Source: Ignavibacteriota bacterium
GTDB taxonomy: Bacteria; Bacteroidota; Ignavibacteria; UBA10030; UBA6906
Assembly: GCA_963811705.1 (NCBI GenBank)
Contig: CAWESL010000015.1
Span: 24,757 to 88,756, forward strand
Direction of reading: 5' to 3'
DNA length: 64,000 nt
Under the pieces are notes generated by a model, which was not told where the DNA came from, ran no database searches, and saw only the letters and a program-made list of their open reading frames with translations. Positions 17,855 through 26,657 of the stretch are shown in pieces; the stretch's first letter is position 1, and the number at the start of each line of letters is the position of its first letter. A program made the translations under genes and the position numbers.

Positions 17855-18919
17855 ATGACTGACCCTCGGCGCATGTTACAAGCCATCATACTGCATGGGC
17901 CGAACGCGCCGCAATCCGTCGCAGGCCGGCCTTTTCCCTTCGTCCGTGAGATGGGTCGTCGTTCCGAATCCCTACAGGTAGTGCTGTTCATGACCGGATC
18001 TCTGCGAAAGAACGTTTCCCACAGCCTGAATTTGTGTCTCGGTACGATGATCCTGCTCATCGCCGTCGGACCTGACGCGTTGAGCTTCCACGCCGATTCC
18101 CTTTCCGTCGCATCGTCAACCGCCCGTCGTGACACTTCCGTGCAATCCTTGCGCTGGTACAGTATGTTCACCAATATCCCGTCCGATTGGACGCGATTTG
18201 CGGAGCGCACATTTCGGTCGGAGAACCTCTCGGGCATTGTCGGCATGACCGTTCTGACCGTGGGTTTGATCGTGGCCGATGACGAAACCTGGACGCTTTC
18301 CGATCGCTGGTACAAAGGGCACACCGCCACCGCCGAAGTGAGCGACTTCTTCGAATACCTGGGTGACGGGCGGCCGCAATTCGGACTGGCGGCTGCCTTC
18401 GGGGCATATGGTGCGATCGCCGGCGACATTCGTGCCCTCCGGACGGCGAGCCAGCTTGTTGAGGTCATTCTCGCGTGTGGCACTGTGGTCCAGGTGCTGA
18501 AGCACGTCACCGGGAGGGAGAGCCCGTTTGTGTCGACTGTTCCGGGCGGACGCTGGGATTTCTTCCCGAATCAGATTGAATACCACAAGCACGTGCCGCG
18601 GTTCGATGCATTTCCCTCCGGGCACATTGCGACGGCGCTGGCGACGGTGACGGTCATCGCGGAAAATTATCCTGAATGGAAATGGGTCAGGCCGGTGGGG
18701 TATTCGATCTGCGCGCTGATCGGGATCAGCATGGCGAACACCGGGATTCACTGGTACAGCGACTACCCGCTCGGGCTTTTTCTCGGGTATACCTTCGGCA
18801 TGATTGTCTCGCATCCAGACGGGTTGGAGGGAGAGCGACGGGCGGCGGACAGTCGTGTCTCGATTGAGCCGAGTTCGACGATGAACGGCCCTGCGATCGG
18901 TCTTGTTGTACGGTTCTGA
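17855..18919 (+). CDS. PAP2-superfamily membrane phosphatase (paralog 1)
   Basis: PAP2 motifs are present: 'LKHVTGRESP', 'FPSGHIAT' and 'HWYSDYPLG'. The true start may be the internal ATG at 17990 (MTGSLRKNV..., signal-like). Confidence 0.8.
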   Translation: MTDPRRMLQAIILHGPNAPQSVAGRPFPFVREMGRRSESLQVVLFMTGSLRKNVSHSLNLCLGTMILLIAVGPDALSFHADSLSVASSTARRDTSVQSLRWYSMFTNIPSDWTRFAERTFRSENLSGIVGMTVLTVGLIVADDETWTLSDRWYKGHTATAEVSDFFEYLGDGRPQFGLAAAFGAYGAIAGDIRALRTASQLVEVILACGTVVQVLKHVTGRESPFVSTVPGGRWDFFPNQIEYHKHVPRFDAFPSGHIATALATVTVIAENYPEWKWVRPVGYSICALIGISMANTGIHWYSDYPLGLFLGYTFGMIVSHPDGLEGERRAADSRVSIEPSSTMNGPAIGLVVRF

Positions 18920-18920
18920 T

Positions 18921-19955
18921 ATGGAATCTCCACAGACGAAAGGTAGCCAGGTGCGGACTTCACATTGCTCGCGACGAGGGCAGATCGGTCAGGCTGCGGG
19001 GGAAACGCTCGTGGTTCTTTCAGCGTTTCTCGCGCTCGTTCGTCCTGCATTGCATGCTCAGGACCTCCTTTCGTCCTCCGCGTATCGGCCCGGACCCGAA
19101 CGGCAGCTCTATGCGGACATTGATTCAATTGTTTCGGTGCATCCTCTGTTGGTCGGAGAGCCGCGTTCTGCCAAGCCGACGTATTCCTGGTCCAGTCCGA
19201 TCACCAATCTGCCGGTCGACTGGATTGCCGCGGGAAGCGAGGTGATGAACGCAAAGAGCGTCCCCACATTTCTTGCGGTCGGCGCAACCACCGGCGCTCT
19301 TCTGCTCACGGACCACGCCACCTACCGGCTTTCGAGAACTTTTTACCAGGAACATTCGTTTGTTCAGCATATGAGTGATGCGCTCGTTTATGTCGGAGAA
19401 GGTTCGACGCATTTGGGCATCGCGGCAGGATTCGGCCTGTATGGATTCCTGGCAGACGACAATCGCGCAATGGAGACAGGGGGGCAGATCGTCGAGGCAC
19501 TGGTGGCAACCGGAATTACCGTCCAACTGCTGAAGCGCATCAGCGGTCGTGAAAGTCCGCAGACGGCGTTGCACGGAACCAGCCGTTGGCGTCCCTTCCC
19601 GAGTCTCGCAGGCTATCAACGGAATCAACCGAAGTACTATTCATTTCCTTCGGGCCACATCGCGACCACCATGGCAACGCTCACGGTCATTGCGGAAAAC
19701 TACCCCGATGCGCACTGGATCCGGCCGGTCGGGTACGGAGTGCTCGCCGCGGTGGGGGTCAGCCTCGTGAATGTCCGTTATCACTGGTTCAGCGATTTGC
19801 CGCTCGGATTATTGCTGGGGTATGGTTTCGGAGAACTTGCCTCGCATCATTCCACGCGCGACAACAGCGCTGACCCGGAGTCGGAGTCACACGTGATCGT
19901 TCACCCGACAGTCGGACACGACGGCGCCGGTCTTGCCGTCGCGTGGTCGTTCTGA
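18921..19955 (+). CDS. PAP2-superfamily membrane phosphatase (paralog 2)
   Basis: The motifs match the upstream paralog: 'LKRISGRESP', 'FPSGHIATTMATLTVIAENYPD' and 'HWFSDLPLG'. The track ORF starts at 18903; ATG at 18921 lies just after the upstream stop. Confidence 0.8.
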   Translation: MESPQTKGSQVRTSHCSRRGQIGQAAGETLVVLSAFLALVRPALHAQDLLSSSAYRPGPERQLYADIDSIVSVHPLLVGEPRSAKPTYSWSSPITNLPVDWIAAGSEVMNAKSVPTFLAVGATTGALLLTDHATYRLSRTFYQEHSFVQHMSDALVYVGEGSTHLGIAAGFGLYGFLADDNRAMETGGQIVEALVATGITVQLLKRISGRESPQTALHGTSRWRPFPSLAGYQRNQPKYYSFPSGHIATTMATLTVIAENYPDAHWIRPVGYGVLAAVGVSLVNVRYHWFSDLPLGLLLGYGFGELASHHSTRDNSADPESESHVIVHPTVGHDGAGLAVAWSF

Positions 19956-20012
19956 ACATGCACCATAACCACTACAGCGAAAACCTACGACGATAGAAAG
20001 GATGCAATACGG

Positions 20013-20582
20013 ATGAACAGGCGCATACTCACACCAGCACTTATTCTTGCCGTGGCCCTGGTTCTTGCCGGCTGCAGCAAGAAGAGTGACAGCGGCTACA
20101 ACTCGGCGCTGCTCGGTCAAAACAACGGCACGGTGGCCGGTTTGAAGTGGGGAGTCCCGAACCGCTGGCTCGTTGAAGGGCAGCGACCCATGCGTGCGGC
20201 GACATACAATGTCCCGGCATCGGAAGGCGACAGTGAAGCGGCCGAATGTGCCGTGTTCTATTTCGGTAACGACCAGGGCGGCACGATCGACGCGAACATC
20301 GATCGGTGGGTCGGTCAATTCGAACAGGCAAGCGCCCCTGATCGCGGATCGAAGGACGTGAGCGGGATGAAGGTGACGACCGTCGCTATCTCGGGCACCT
20401 ACCTTGCGCCAAGCGGACCAATGATGATGCCGACAGGAAAAAAGGACAACTATAAGTTGCTGGGTGCAATCATCCAGGGTCCCCAGGGATCGGTGTTCTT
20501 CAAGCTGACCGGTCCCATGAAATCCGTGGACGCCTCAAGCGCTGAGTTCGATGCGTTGATCGGTTCCATCCGGAAGGAGTAA
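20013..20582 (+). CDS. Lipoprotein of unknown function
   Basis: The signal peptide has a lipobox, 'ALVLAGC'. The ORF is 189 aa and is followed by a hairpin with a T-run. Confidence 0.7.
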   Translation: MNRRILTPALILAVALVLAGCSKKSDSGYNSALLGQNNGTVAGLKWGVPNRWLVEGQRPMRAATYNVPASEGDSEAAECAVFYFGNDQGGTIDANIDRWVGQFEQASAPDRGSKDVSGMKVTTVAISGTYLAPSGPMMMPTGKKDNYKLLGAIIQGPQGSVFFKLTGPMKSVDASSAEFDALIGSIRKE

Positions 20583-20603
20583 CCGGTCGGCCGCGACCCA
20601 TCG

Positions 20604-20654
20604 AAGGGAGCGAGGAATGCCGCCGTGGTGTCGCGCGGTTTCCCGCTCCCTTTT
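20604..20654 (+). terminator. Putative intrinsic terminator
   Basis: The 9-bp arms AAGGGAGCG (20604-20612) and CGCTCCCTT (20644-20652) are followed by TT. The 31-nt loop is long for a terminator. Confidence 0.4.
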
Positions 20655-20667
20655 CAGTTCCTGTCGC

Positions 20668-20967
20668 CTATGTCCGGTGTGCCGCCGTCTCCTCGATGCG
20701 TTCGAGAAGGGCAAAATCCTTTTCCGTAATCCCCCCCGCAGAGTGCGTGGCAAGATCGATCGTCACTCTATTAAAGACATTCGTCCATTCCGGGTGATGG
20801 TTCATGGACTCGGCGATCAGCGCGACCGCGGTCATGAACCCGAACGCCTCCGGAAACGTCCCGAAGGTGAACTCCTTGTGGAGCTTTCCCCCCTTCACCT
20901 CCCATCCCTTCGCCGTCGAAAGACGCCGTGAAAGGTCGTCTCGTTCCAGAACCTTCGTGTCAGCCAT
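20668..20967 (-). CDS. phhB: Pterin-4-alpha-carbinolamine dehydratase
   Basis: The internal ATG at 20967 of ORF 20668..21270 follows an AAAGGAGGA RBS. The 99-aa product has 'GWEVKGGKLHKEFTFGTFPEAFGFMTAVALIAESMNHHPEW', the PCD/DCoH signature. Confidence 0.9.
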   Translation of the reverse strand: MADTKVLERDDLSRRLSTAKGWEVKGGKLHKEFTFGTFPEAFGFMTAVALIAESMNHHPEWTNVFNRVTIDLATHSAGGITEKDFALLERIEETAAHRT

Positions 20968-21106
20968 TCGGTCCTCCTTTCCTGTGAGGAACCTGCAGGC
21001 ATCGCCAAAGGTTCCGGAACGGTTTGGTTGATTCTCGATGAAAGAAAGTGTACTTTTTCCGGTGCCTGCCTTCGCTGTCCCTGCGTACCCTTGATGTCTT
21101 GCTGCG

Positions 21107-21844
21107 ATGACCAAAGGAGATGACATGCCCGAAGAAGGTGTCAGAGCCCAGATCATGCCGGCGCCTCCGCCCAAGAAATGGATCGATAATATCGCCGCGG
21201 TTTCGAGTGCGCTGATAGCGATCGGTACGCTTCTGAACTGGTTTTTCGGGAGGGAAAGCTCGTTTCCCAAGTGGTTCTTCTACGTCCTCACCCTCCTTAT
21301 CCTTGTCATCCTGTTCAAGTATTTCGAGGAATCGATCAAACGGTTCTTCGCTGCGATTGCTGTGAGGAGCTACATTCGCGAGGCGCACTTCAAACTCCTC
21401 GACAACCTGCAGCGGTTCAGCGAGCTCGTATCGCAGCGGAGCGATGACTCCATCGTCCATGTGATCGAGACCATCGGCACGCGACGTGGGAGGGCGCTGG
21501 TCGACAAGGACCTGTATCCTTATGCCGACCAGCTTGTCCAGAATATCCTGCTCAAGCTTTCGGAATCCGGCAAAAGCCTGTCTGCCGGAGAATTCAAAGG
21601 CGTGTTGAACGATCTCAGCACCCTTATCCGGTTCTGCACGTTCTTCTATTTCAAAAAGCCCTTCCATTCCCAGGATACCGGCGATCTTACCAAGGATGAG
21701 ATGAAAGAGCTGGAGTTTGCACGGGAGAATTTCGCCGACTTCCTCCGCCGGTATCAGATTTTCTTTGATGAAGTCAGCGGCAGACTCGGCTCGACCACAA
21801 GGGCGCATTTCGAGATCCCGAAACCGGTGTCCCCGAGGGCATGA
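21107..21844 (+). CDS. Hypothetical membrane protein: two N-terminal TM helices plus an all-helical cytoplasmic domain
   Basis: The ORF is 245 aa. An alternative start at ATG 21125 follows AAAGGAGA. The TM helices are 'IAAVSSALIAIGTLLNWFF' and 'WFFYVLTLLILVILF'. I recognise no family. GC is slightly lower than in the neighbours. Confidence 0.6.
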   Translation: MTKGDDMPEEGVRAQIMPAPPPKKWIDNIAAVSSALIAIGTLLNWFFGRESSFPKWFFYVLTLLILVILFKYFEESIKRFFAAIAVRSYIREAHFKLLDNLQRFSELVSQRSDDSIVHVIETIGTRRGRALVDKDLYPYADQLVQNILLKLSESGKSLSAGEFKGVLNDLSTLIRFCTFFYFKKPFHSQDTGDLTKDEMKELEFARENFADFLRRYQIFFDEVSGRLGSTTRAHFEIPKPVSPRA

Positions 21845-21860
21845 CCAGCGGAGGATTAGC

Positions 21861-22610
21861 GTGACCGACGCTCGGATCCAGGTGTTTCCCACCGCTGCGG
21901 CATTGTCCGTCGGCGCCGCGGAGAAGATCGCAACGGCGCTCTCGGCGGCCCATGTGCTGGGCGGAGTGGTCTCGCTTGTTCTGTCCGGTGGATCCACTCC
22001 CCGTGGGGTGTATGAGACGCTCGCGACGGCAGCGTACCAGAAGCGCATCGATTGGGCCCGCCTCCACATCTTCTGGGGCGACGAACGATGTGTGCCACCG
22101 GATTCTCCCGAGAGTAATTTCCGGATGGCGAATCAGGCATTCCTTCACAAGGTTCCTCTTCCGGCACACCACATCCACCGGATTCGGGGCGAGCTTCCTC
22201 CGGCGGAAGCGGCGCGAGCGTACGAAATGGAGCTGCGGAACGTCTTCGGCATCGCGAAAAAGGAAACCCCCCGCTTATCTCTGGTGTTGCTCGGCATAGG
22301 GGAAGACGGGCATACGGCGTCATTGTTCCCGGGGACCCCGGCGCTCGATGAAGAACGCCGCTTGATGACCGAAGTGCATGTCGAACGCCTCAACGCATGG
22401 CGAGTCTCGATGACGATCCCGCTTCTGGCTCGTGCGGGGACGATTCTGTTTCTCGTATCGGGCCCGGCAAAAGCCTCCATTGTTTCTTCCGTCCTCCGCA
22501 AGGCTGGCGCTGAATTCCCTGCGGCACACGTCGCACAACGGGCCGGCAACGTTCAGTGGTACCTCGATCGCGACGCGGCATCAATCCTCGAAGATTCGGA
22601 GCATGCATGA
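21861..22610 (+). CDS. pgl: 6-phosphogluconolactonase
   Basis: The GTG at 21861 is in frame within ORF 21717..22610. The motifs 'LSGGSTPRGVYE', 'IFWGDERCVPPDSPESN' and 'LLGIGEDGHTASLFPG' are present. Confidence 0.9.
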   Translation: MTDARIQVFPTAAALSVGAAEKIATALSAAHVLGGVVSLVLSGGSTPRGVYETLATAAYQKRIDWARLHIFWGDERCVPPDSPESNFRMANQAFLHKVPLPAHHIHRIRGELPPAEAARAYEMELRNVFGIAKKETPRLSLVLLGIGEDGHTASLFPGTPALDEERRLMTEVHVERLNAWRVSMTIPLLARAGTILFLVSGPAKASIVSSVLRKAGAEFPAAHVAQRAGNVQWYLDRDAASILEDSEHA

Positions 22611-23591
22611 TTCTCGCAGGTGACATCGGCGGTACGAAAACCAACCTGGCGTATTTCGACGTCGAGAATGGAAAACTCGTCGTGAAGCAGACGAAGAGCT
22701 ACCCCAGCCAGGAATATCCGTCGCTCAGCGCCATCCTCGCAAAGTTTCGGCGCGAGTATCCCGCGGACATTGCCGGAGCGGCGTTCGGAATTGCCGGGCC
22801 AATCGTCGATGGGCATTGTCATCTCACCAATATCGGATGGGACATCGACACCGTTGCCCTTCGGCGGGAATATGCAGTTGGACGCCGTCGAGTTGATCAA
22901 CGATCTCCAGGCGACGGGATATGGAACACTCCATCTCGCTGAACACGAGCGCGTGACGCTGCAAAAAGGTCTCCCGCAGCCGAAGGGTTCGATCGCCGTC
23001 ATTGCGGCCGGCACGGGACTTGGTGAAGGCGCGCTGATCTGGGATGGAAATCATTATCGTGCCATCGCCTCGGAAGGCGGCCACGCCGACTTCTCACCGA
23101 GGAACGATTTGGAAGCATCTCTTCTGCATTTTCTTGCAGGCAAGTTCGGCCATGTCAGTTGGGAGCGTGTTCTCTCCGGGCCCGGCTTGTTCTCGATTTA
23201 CGAATTCTTCTCCCAGCGTTCACCGTCTCCTTCCCCTTCGTGGTTGACCGACGCCATCGCGGCCGGCGACCCGGCGGCGGTCGTTTCCAAAGCGGCGTTG
23301 GAGGGAAAGGACGCCACTTGTGTCGAGGCGCTCGACCTGTTTGTGTCGCTGTACGGATCGGAGAGCGGAAACCTTGCCCTCAAAATGCTGGCCACCGGAG
23401 GCGTGTTTGTCGGCGGCGGGATCGCACCGAAGATTCTCCCAAAAATTAAGACCGGACTGTTCGTGCGTAATTTTTACGCAAAAGGACGGCTCGATGCCAT
23501 GCTCCAGGAAATGCCCGTCCATGTTGTGTTGAATGACAGGATCGCCCTGTTCGGAGCAGCCCACGTCGCTCGCACCCTGACCGAATCGTGA
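22607..23591 (+). pseudogene. glk: Glucokinase, split by an apparent 1-nt frameshift near 22862-22872
   Basis: The N-terminal part 'MILAGDIGGTKTNLAYF...GIAGPIVDGHCHLTNIGWDIDTVALRRE' lies in the frame of ORF 22556..22942, with ATG at 22607 in an ATGA overlap with pgl. The remainder 'MQLDAVELINDLQATGYG...AAGTGLGEG...EGGHADF' lies in the frame of ORF 22770..23591. One extra base sits at cggcgggaaT|ATG. Confidence 0.8.
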
Positions 23592-23790
23592 CGGCGGTCA
23601 CATCTCTACGGAACCCCGCGTAAATCCACCCCACGGGTGGCTCTCCCCGGATCGTCCGGGCATGGACGAAACTCTCCCGTCCCCTCCAGTGTTGTCAAAT
23701 TGCCCGGCAAGCCATCGGGGAGGATCTGCCGTGGCTTTCTGTCCCGCCGTCCAATTACACTCCTGGTCAATTTATTCGAGAGGGGGCTCC

Positions 23791-25998
23791 ATGCGAAAGT
23801 CATTTCGTTACGGTCTCTTGCTGCTTGCGTGCTCGCTGCTGTCTTTGTCCGTTGAGGCGCGGGCACAATCAAGAGTGAGCTCGCCGGTCGTGGAGCGAAC
23901 CTGGGGGCAAATGGTGCTCAATGACATGCTGCTACATTCCGAGGTGCTGCAGAAGTCCATGGTCTCTCCGGGACGCGTGACGCCGCAGTCCCTCGGAGCC
24001 TCGCCGGCCTTTGTCCCTGCGACGCTCGCCGCCGTTGCGCCCGGCCGGCAAAATGCCGTGTCGGCGACACCGTCACCGGCTGTGGATTTCGATGCACTCT
24101 CGGACAATACCCATGTGATCCCTCCTGATACCTACGGCGCCGTCGGACCTTCGCACATTGTGACCATGCTCAATAGCCAGGTTCGCGTTCAGGCAAAGGA
24201 CGGTTCGGAGGTCAGTACGGTGACGCTGGCTTCGTTCTGGTCGGCCGGCGTTGGGAGCTCGAATCTCTCCGATCCGCATGTGCTGTATGATGTCCAGAGC
24301 GGCAGATGGATTGCTTCGATTACGATCGATCCGGATACGAATACTTCGAGGATCGGCGTGGCCGTGAGCGAGACCAACGACCCGACCCAGTCATGGAGGT
24401 TCTTGACGTACATGTCTCCGGACACGACGGTTTTCCCGGATTACCCGGCTCTCGGGTTCAACAACAAATGGATTGTGGTGTCAGCCAATATCTTCAAGAC
24501 GACAGCCCACGGGGGGACGTTTCAAGGCGCGGGCTTCTGGGCGATTGACAAAAACGCTGCCGAGGCAACGTCCGGGATCGTCTCCGCGACGCGGTTCAAT
24601 CCCGGTTATGACGGCACCAACCACGGGTTCACGGAACAGCCGATGATTTGCTACGATCCCTGCGATACCCTCTGGTTCATGGAATCCGGGGCCTATGTCA
24701 GCGGTACAACGCAACTGATCCGCATCTCCTACCTGTCCGGGACGACCTCTTCGCCAACCTGGAATGCCGACGCCCTGTCGCCCTTCTCCGGCGGCTTCTT
24801 CCCGGTGAACAACAATTATAAGGCGCTGCCGAACGGGGCGACGCAAAAAGGCAGTACGCACCGGATCGACAATGGCGATGCCCGGGCGTGCGGCGCGGTC
24901 TATCGCAACGGGAATGTCTGGTTCGCTCACAGCGGAGGTCTGCCGTCAACAGGAACGGTGAACAGGACTGCCGTCTTCTGGTATCAGATCAATCCGCGAT
25001 CGTCAAGCCCCATCGTTCAATCGGGGGTGGTGGATCCCGGCGCGAACTCTCACATCATGTATCCGTCGATCGCCGTGAACAAGCTCAACAGCGCATGCAT
25101 CGGGTTCACGCACTCGGACACCTCCCGATACGCCGAGGCGGCCTATACGATTCGTCAGGCGGGAGACCCTGCGGGAACGACACAGGGGATTGCACTCCTG
25201 AAAGCCGGTCAGGGTGCGTATTACAAGACCTTTGGCGGCGGGCGGAACCGCTGGGGCGACTTCAGTAATACGGTGGTCGATCCGTCCGACAGCCTTGCCT
25301 TCTGGACGATTCAGGAATACGCCGGCACGCCGGTCGGGAATGTGAGCACGGACGGAAGCGGGCGATGGGCGACCCACTGGGGAAAGATCGCCGTCGATGT
25401 TCCCCTGGCGGTTCAACTCACGAGCTTCTCGGGAGCACTGGCGGCAAACGGGTCAGTGCATATCACCTGGGCGACGGCAAGTGAAATCAACTGCTATGGA
25501 TTCACTGTTGCGCGAAGCGCGAATACGACGGACAACTTCGTTGAGGTACCAAACGGATTCGTCGCGGGACATGGAACGACTGCTGAGCCGCACACCTATG
25601 CGTTCACGGATACTCCCCCGACCCCGGGGAAGTACTATTACCGTCTGACGGAGACTGATTTGAAGGGCAACACCCAATCGTTCGAACCCATCCTCGTGGA
25701 CGGCCTGACCGGAGTCGCATCGTCGAACGTGCCGGATCAGACTGCCCTGTTCCAGAATTACCCGAACCCGTTCAATCCGACAACAGTGATCAGCGGACAG
25801 TGGACAGCGGACAGTTTTGTGCGGCTTGCGGTGTACGATGTGTTGGGCCGAGAGGTGGCTGTCTTGGCGAACGGCAGATTTGCAGCCGGAAGATACTCCT
25901 TTGCGTTCGACGGAGCGAACCTGGCAAGCGGGGTGTACATTTATCGATTGACGGCAGGGACATTTACCGCGGTTCGGAGGATGCTCCTGGTTCGTTGA
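23791..25998 (+). CDS. Large secreted protein of unknown function with a T9SS C-terminal sorting domain
   Basis: The internal ATG at 23791 gives the signal peptide MRKSFRYGLLLLACSLLSLSVEARAQ. The C-terminus 'FQNYPNPFNPTTVISGQ...GVYIYRLTAGTFTAVRRMLLVR' is a T9SS tail, preceded by an Ig/FN3-like module. Confidence 0.8.
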   Translation: MRKSFRYGLLLLACSLLSLSVEARAQSRVSSPVVERTWGQMVLNDMLLHSEVLQKSMVSPGRVTPQSLGASPAFVPATLAAVAPGRQNAVSATPSPAVDFDALSDNTHVIPPDTYGAVGPSHIVTMLNSQVRVQAKDGSEVSTVTLASFWSAGVGSSNLSDPHVLYDVQSGRWIASITIDPDTNTSRIGVAVSETNDPTQSWRFLTYMSPDTTVFPDYPALGFNNKWIVVSANIFKTTAHGGTFQGAGFWAIDKNAAEATSGIVSATRFNPGYDGTNHGFTEQPMICYDPCDTLWFMESGAYVSGTTQLIRISYLSGTTSSPTWNADALSPFSGGFFPVNNNYKALPNGATQKGSTHRIDNGDARACGAVYRNGNVWFAHSGGLPSTGTVNRTAVFWYQINPRSSSPIVQSGVVDPGANSHIMYPSIAVNKLNSACIGFTHSDTSRYAEAAYTIRQAGDPAGTTQGIALLKAGQGAYYKTFGGGRNRWGDFSNTVVDPSDSLAFWTIQEYAGTPVGNVSTDGSGRWATHWGKIAVDVPLAVQLTSFSGALAANGSVHITWATASEINCYGFTVARSANTTDNFVEVPNGFVAGHGTTAEPHTYAFTDTPPTPGKYYYRLTETDLKGNTQSFEPILVDGLTGVASSNVPDQTALFQNYPNPFNPTTVISGQWTADSFVRLAVYDVLGREVAVLANGRFAAGRYSFAFDGANLASGVYIYRLTAGTFTAVRRMLLVR

Positions 25999-26030
25999 CG
26001 GGGGCACGTTTTTTTCCTTGAACGAAGAAT

Positions 26031-26056
26031 TCTGAATTCTTCATTCTTAACACCTC
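26031..26056. repeat. AT-rich palindromic hairpin element (GAAGAATTC-T-GAATTCTTC); shares a 16-nt core with 50895-50930
   Basis: A perfect 9-nt inverted repeat at 26034-26052 sits immediately 3' of the T9SS cargo gene. Its reverse complement contains AGAATTCAGAATTCTT, which also occurs at about 50909-50924. Confidence 0.45.
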
Positions 26057-26101
26057 CGGCAATGAACAGTTGTCAGTGGAAGATGTTGGTTTTCGATCTT
26101 C

Positions 26102-26584
26102 ATGAGCTTTTTGGGTATCATGGGGGGGAGCGCCAGGTCTGGTGCCCGTTGTGCCACAACACGGAGTGCTCTGATCCCAATGTCGAAGATCTCAGGCGGT
26201 GATCCGGAGTCGTACGCAAAGATTCTCTTCAGAAGAGAGGGGGGAGGGAACAAGACGTTCTACGTAACGGCCGACCCATCCCTGCAACAGCTCTCGTTCG
26301 ATGTGGTCAGGTATAACTTTAAAGAGACGTCGTATGTGTTCCGGCGATCGTCACAGGAGATGCAGGACGTGTTCGGAGTGGTCGCTTCGATACTTTCGGG
26401 TCGGACCGCCCTTTCCGGCATGCTCGCCCCGGTTGCGAAGCCCACGGGCACGTGGGTGCATCTTTTCGCTGTGACAACGCAGGGCTCGATGGTGGAGATC
26501 ACCGACCGCAAACTCTGCGAGCGGCTGATGTCCCTCGAAACGTTCGTTGAAGCCGAGAGCGGGGATTTTCCGGTTGCACGATGA
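26102..26584 (+). CDS. Hypothetical protein
   Basis: The ORF is 160 aa with coding-like codon usage and is followed by a strong terminator. The start is uncertain; an alternative ATG at 26180 gives MSKISGG. I recognise no motif. Confidence 0.55.
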   Translation: MSFLGIMGGSARSGARCATTRSALIPMSKISGGDPESYAKILFRREGGGNKTFYVTADPSLQQLSFDVVRYNFKETSYVFRRSSQEMQDVFGVVASILSGRTALSGMLAPVAKPTGTWVHLFAVTTQGSMVEITDRKLCERLMSLETFVEAESGDFPVAR

Positions 26585-26604
26585 ACACAGGCAGGAACGA
26601 ACGG

Positions 26605-26640
26605 AAAAGCCCGGTGATGGAAGATCGCCGGGCTTTTTCG
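26605..26640. terminator. Bidirectional intrinsic terminator between convergent genes
   Basis: The stem AAAAGCCCGG (26605-26614) pairs with CCGGGCTTTT (26628-26637). It is flanked by an A-run on the 5' side and a T-run on the 3' side. Confidence 0.7.
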
Positions 26641-26657
26641 TGATGGTCTTGGGGAGG

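Noticed and set aside
22856-22880. Possibility that the glk frame change is a programmed ribosomal frameshift.
   Set aside because: There is no slippery heptamer and no downstream pseudoknot or hairpin, and no precedent for recoding in glk. An indel, either a true mutation or an assembly error, is the simpler explanation.
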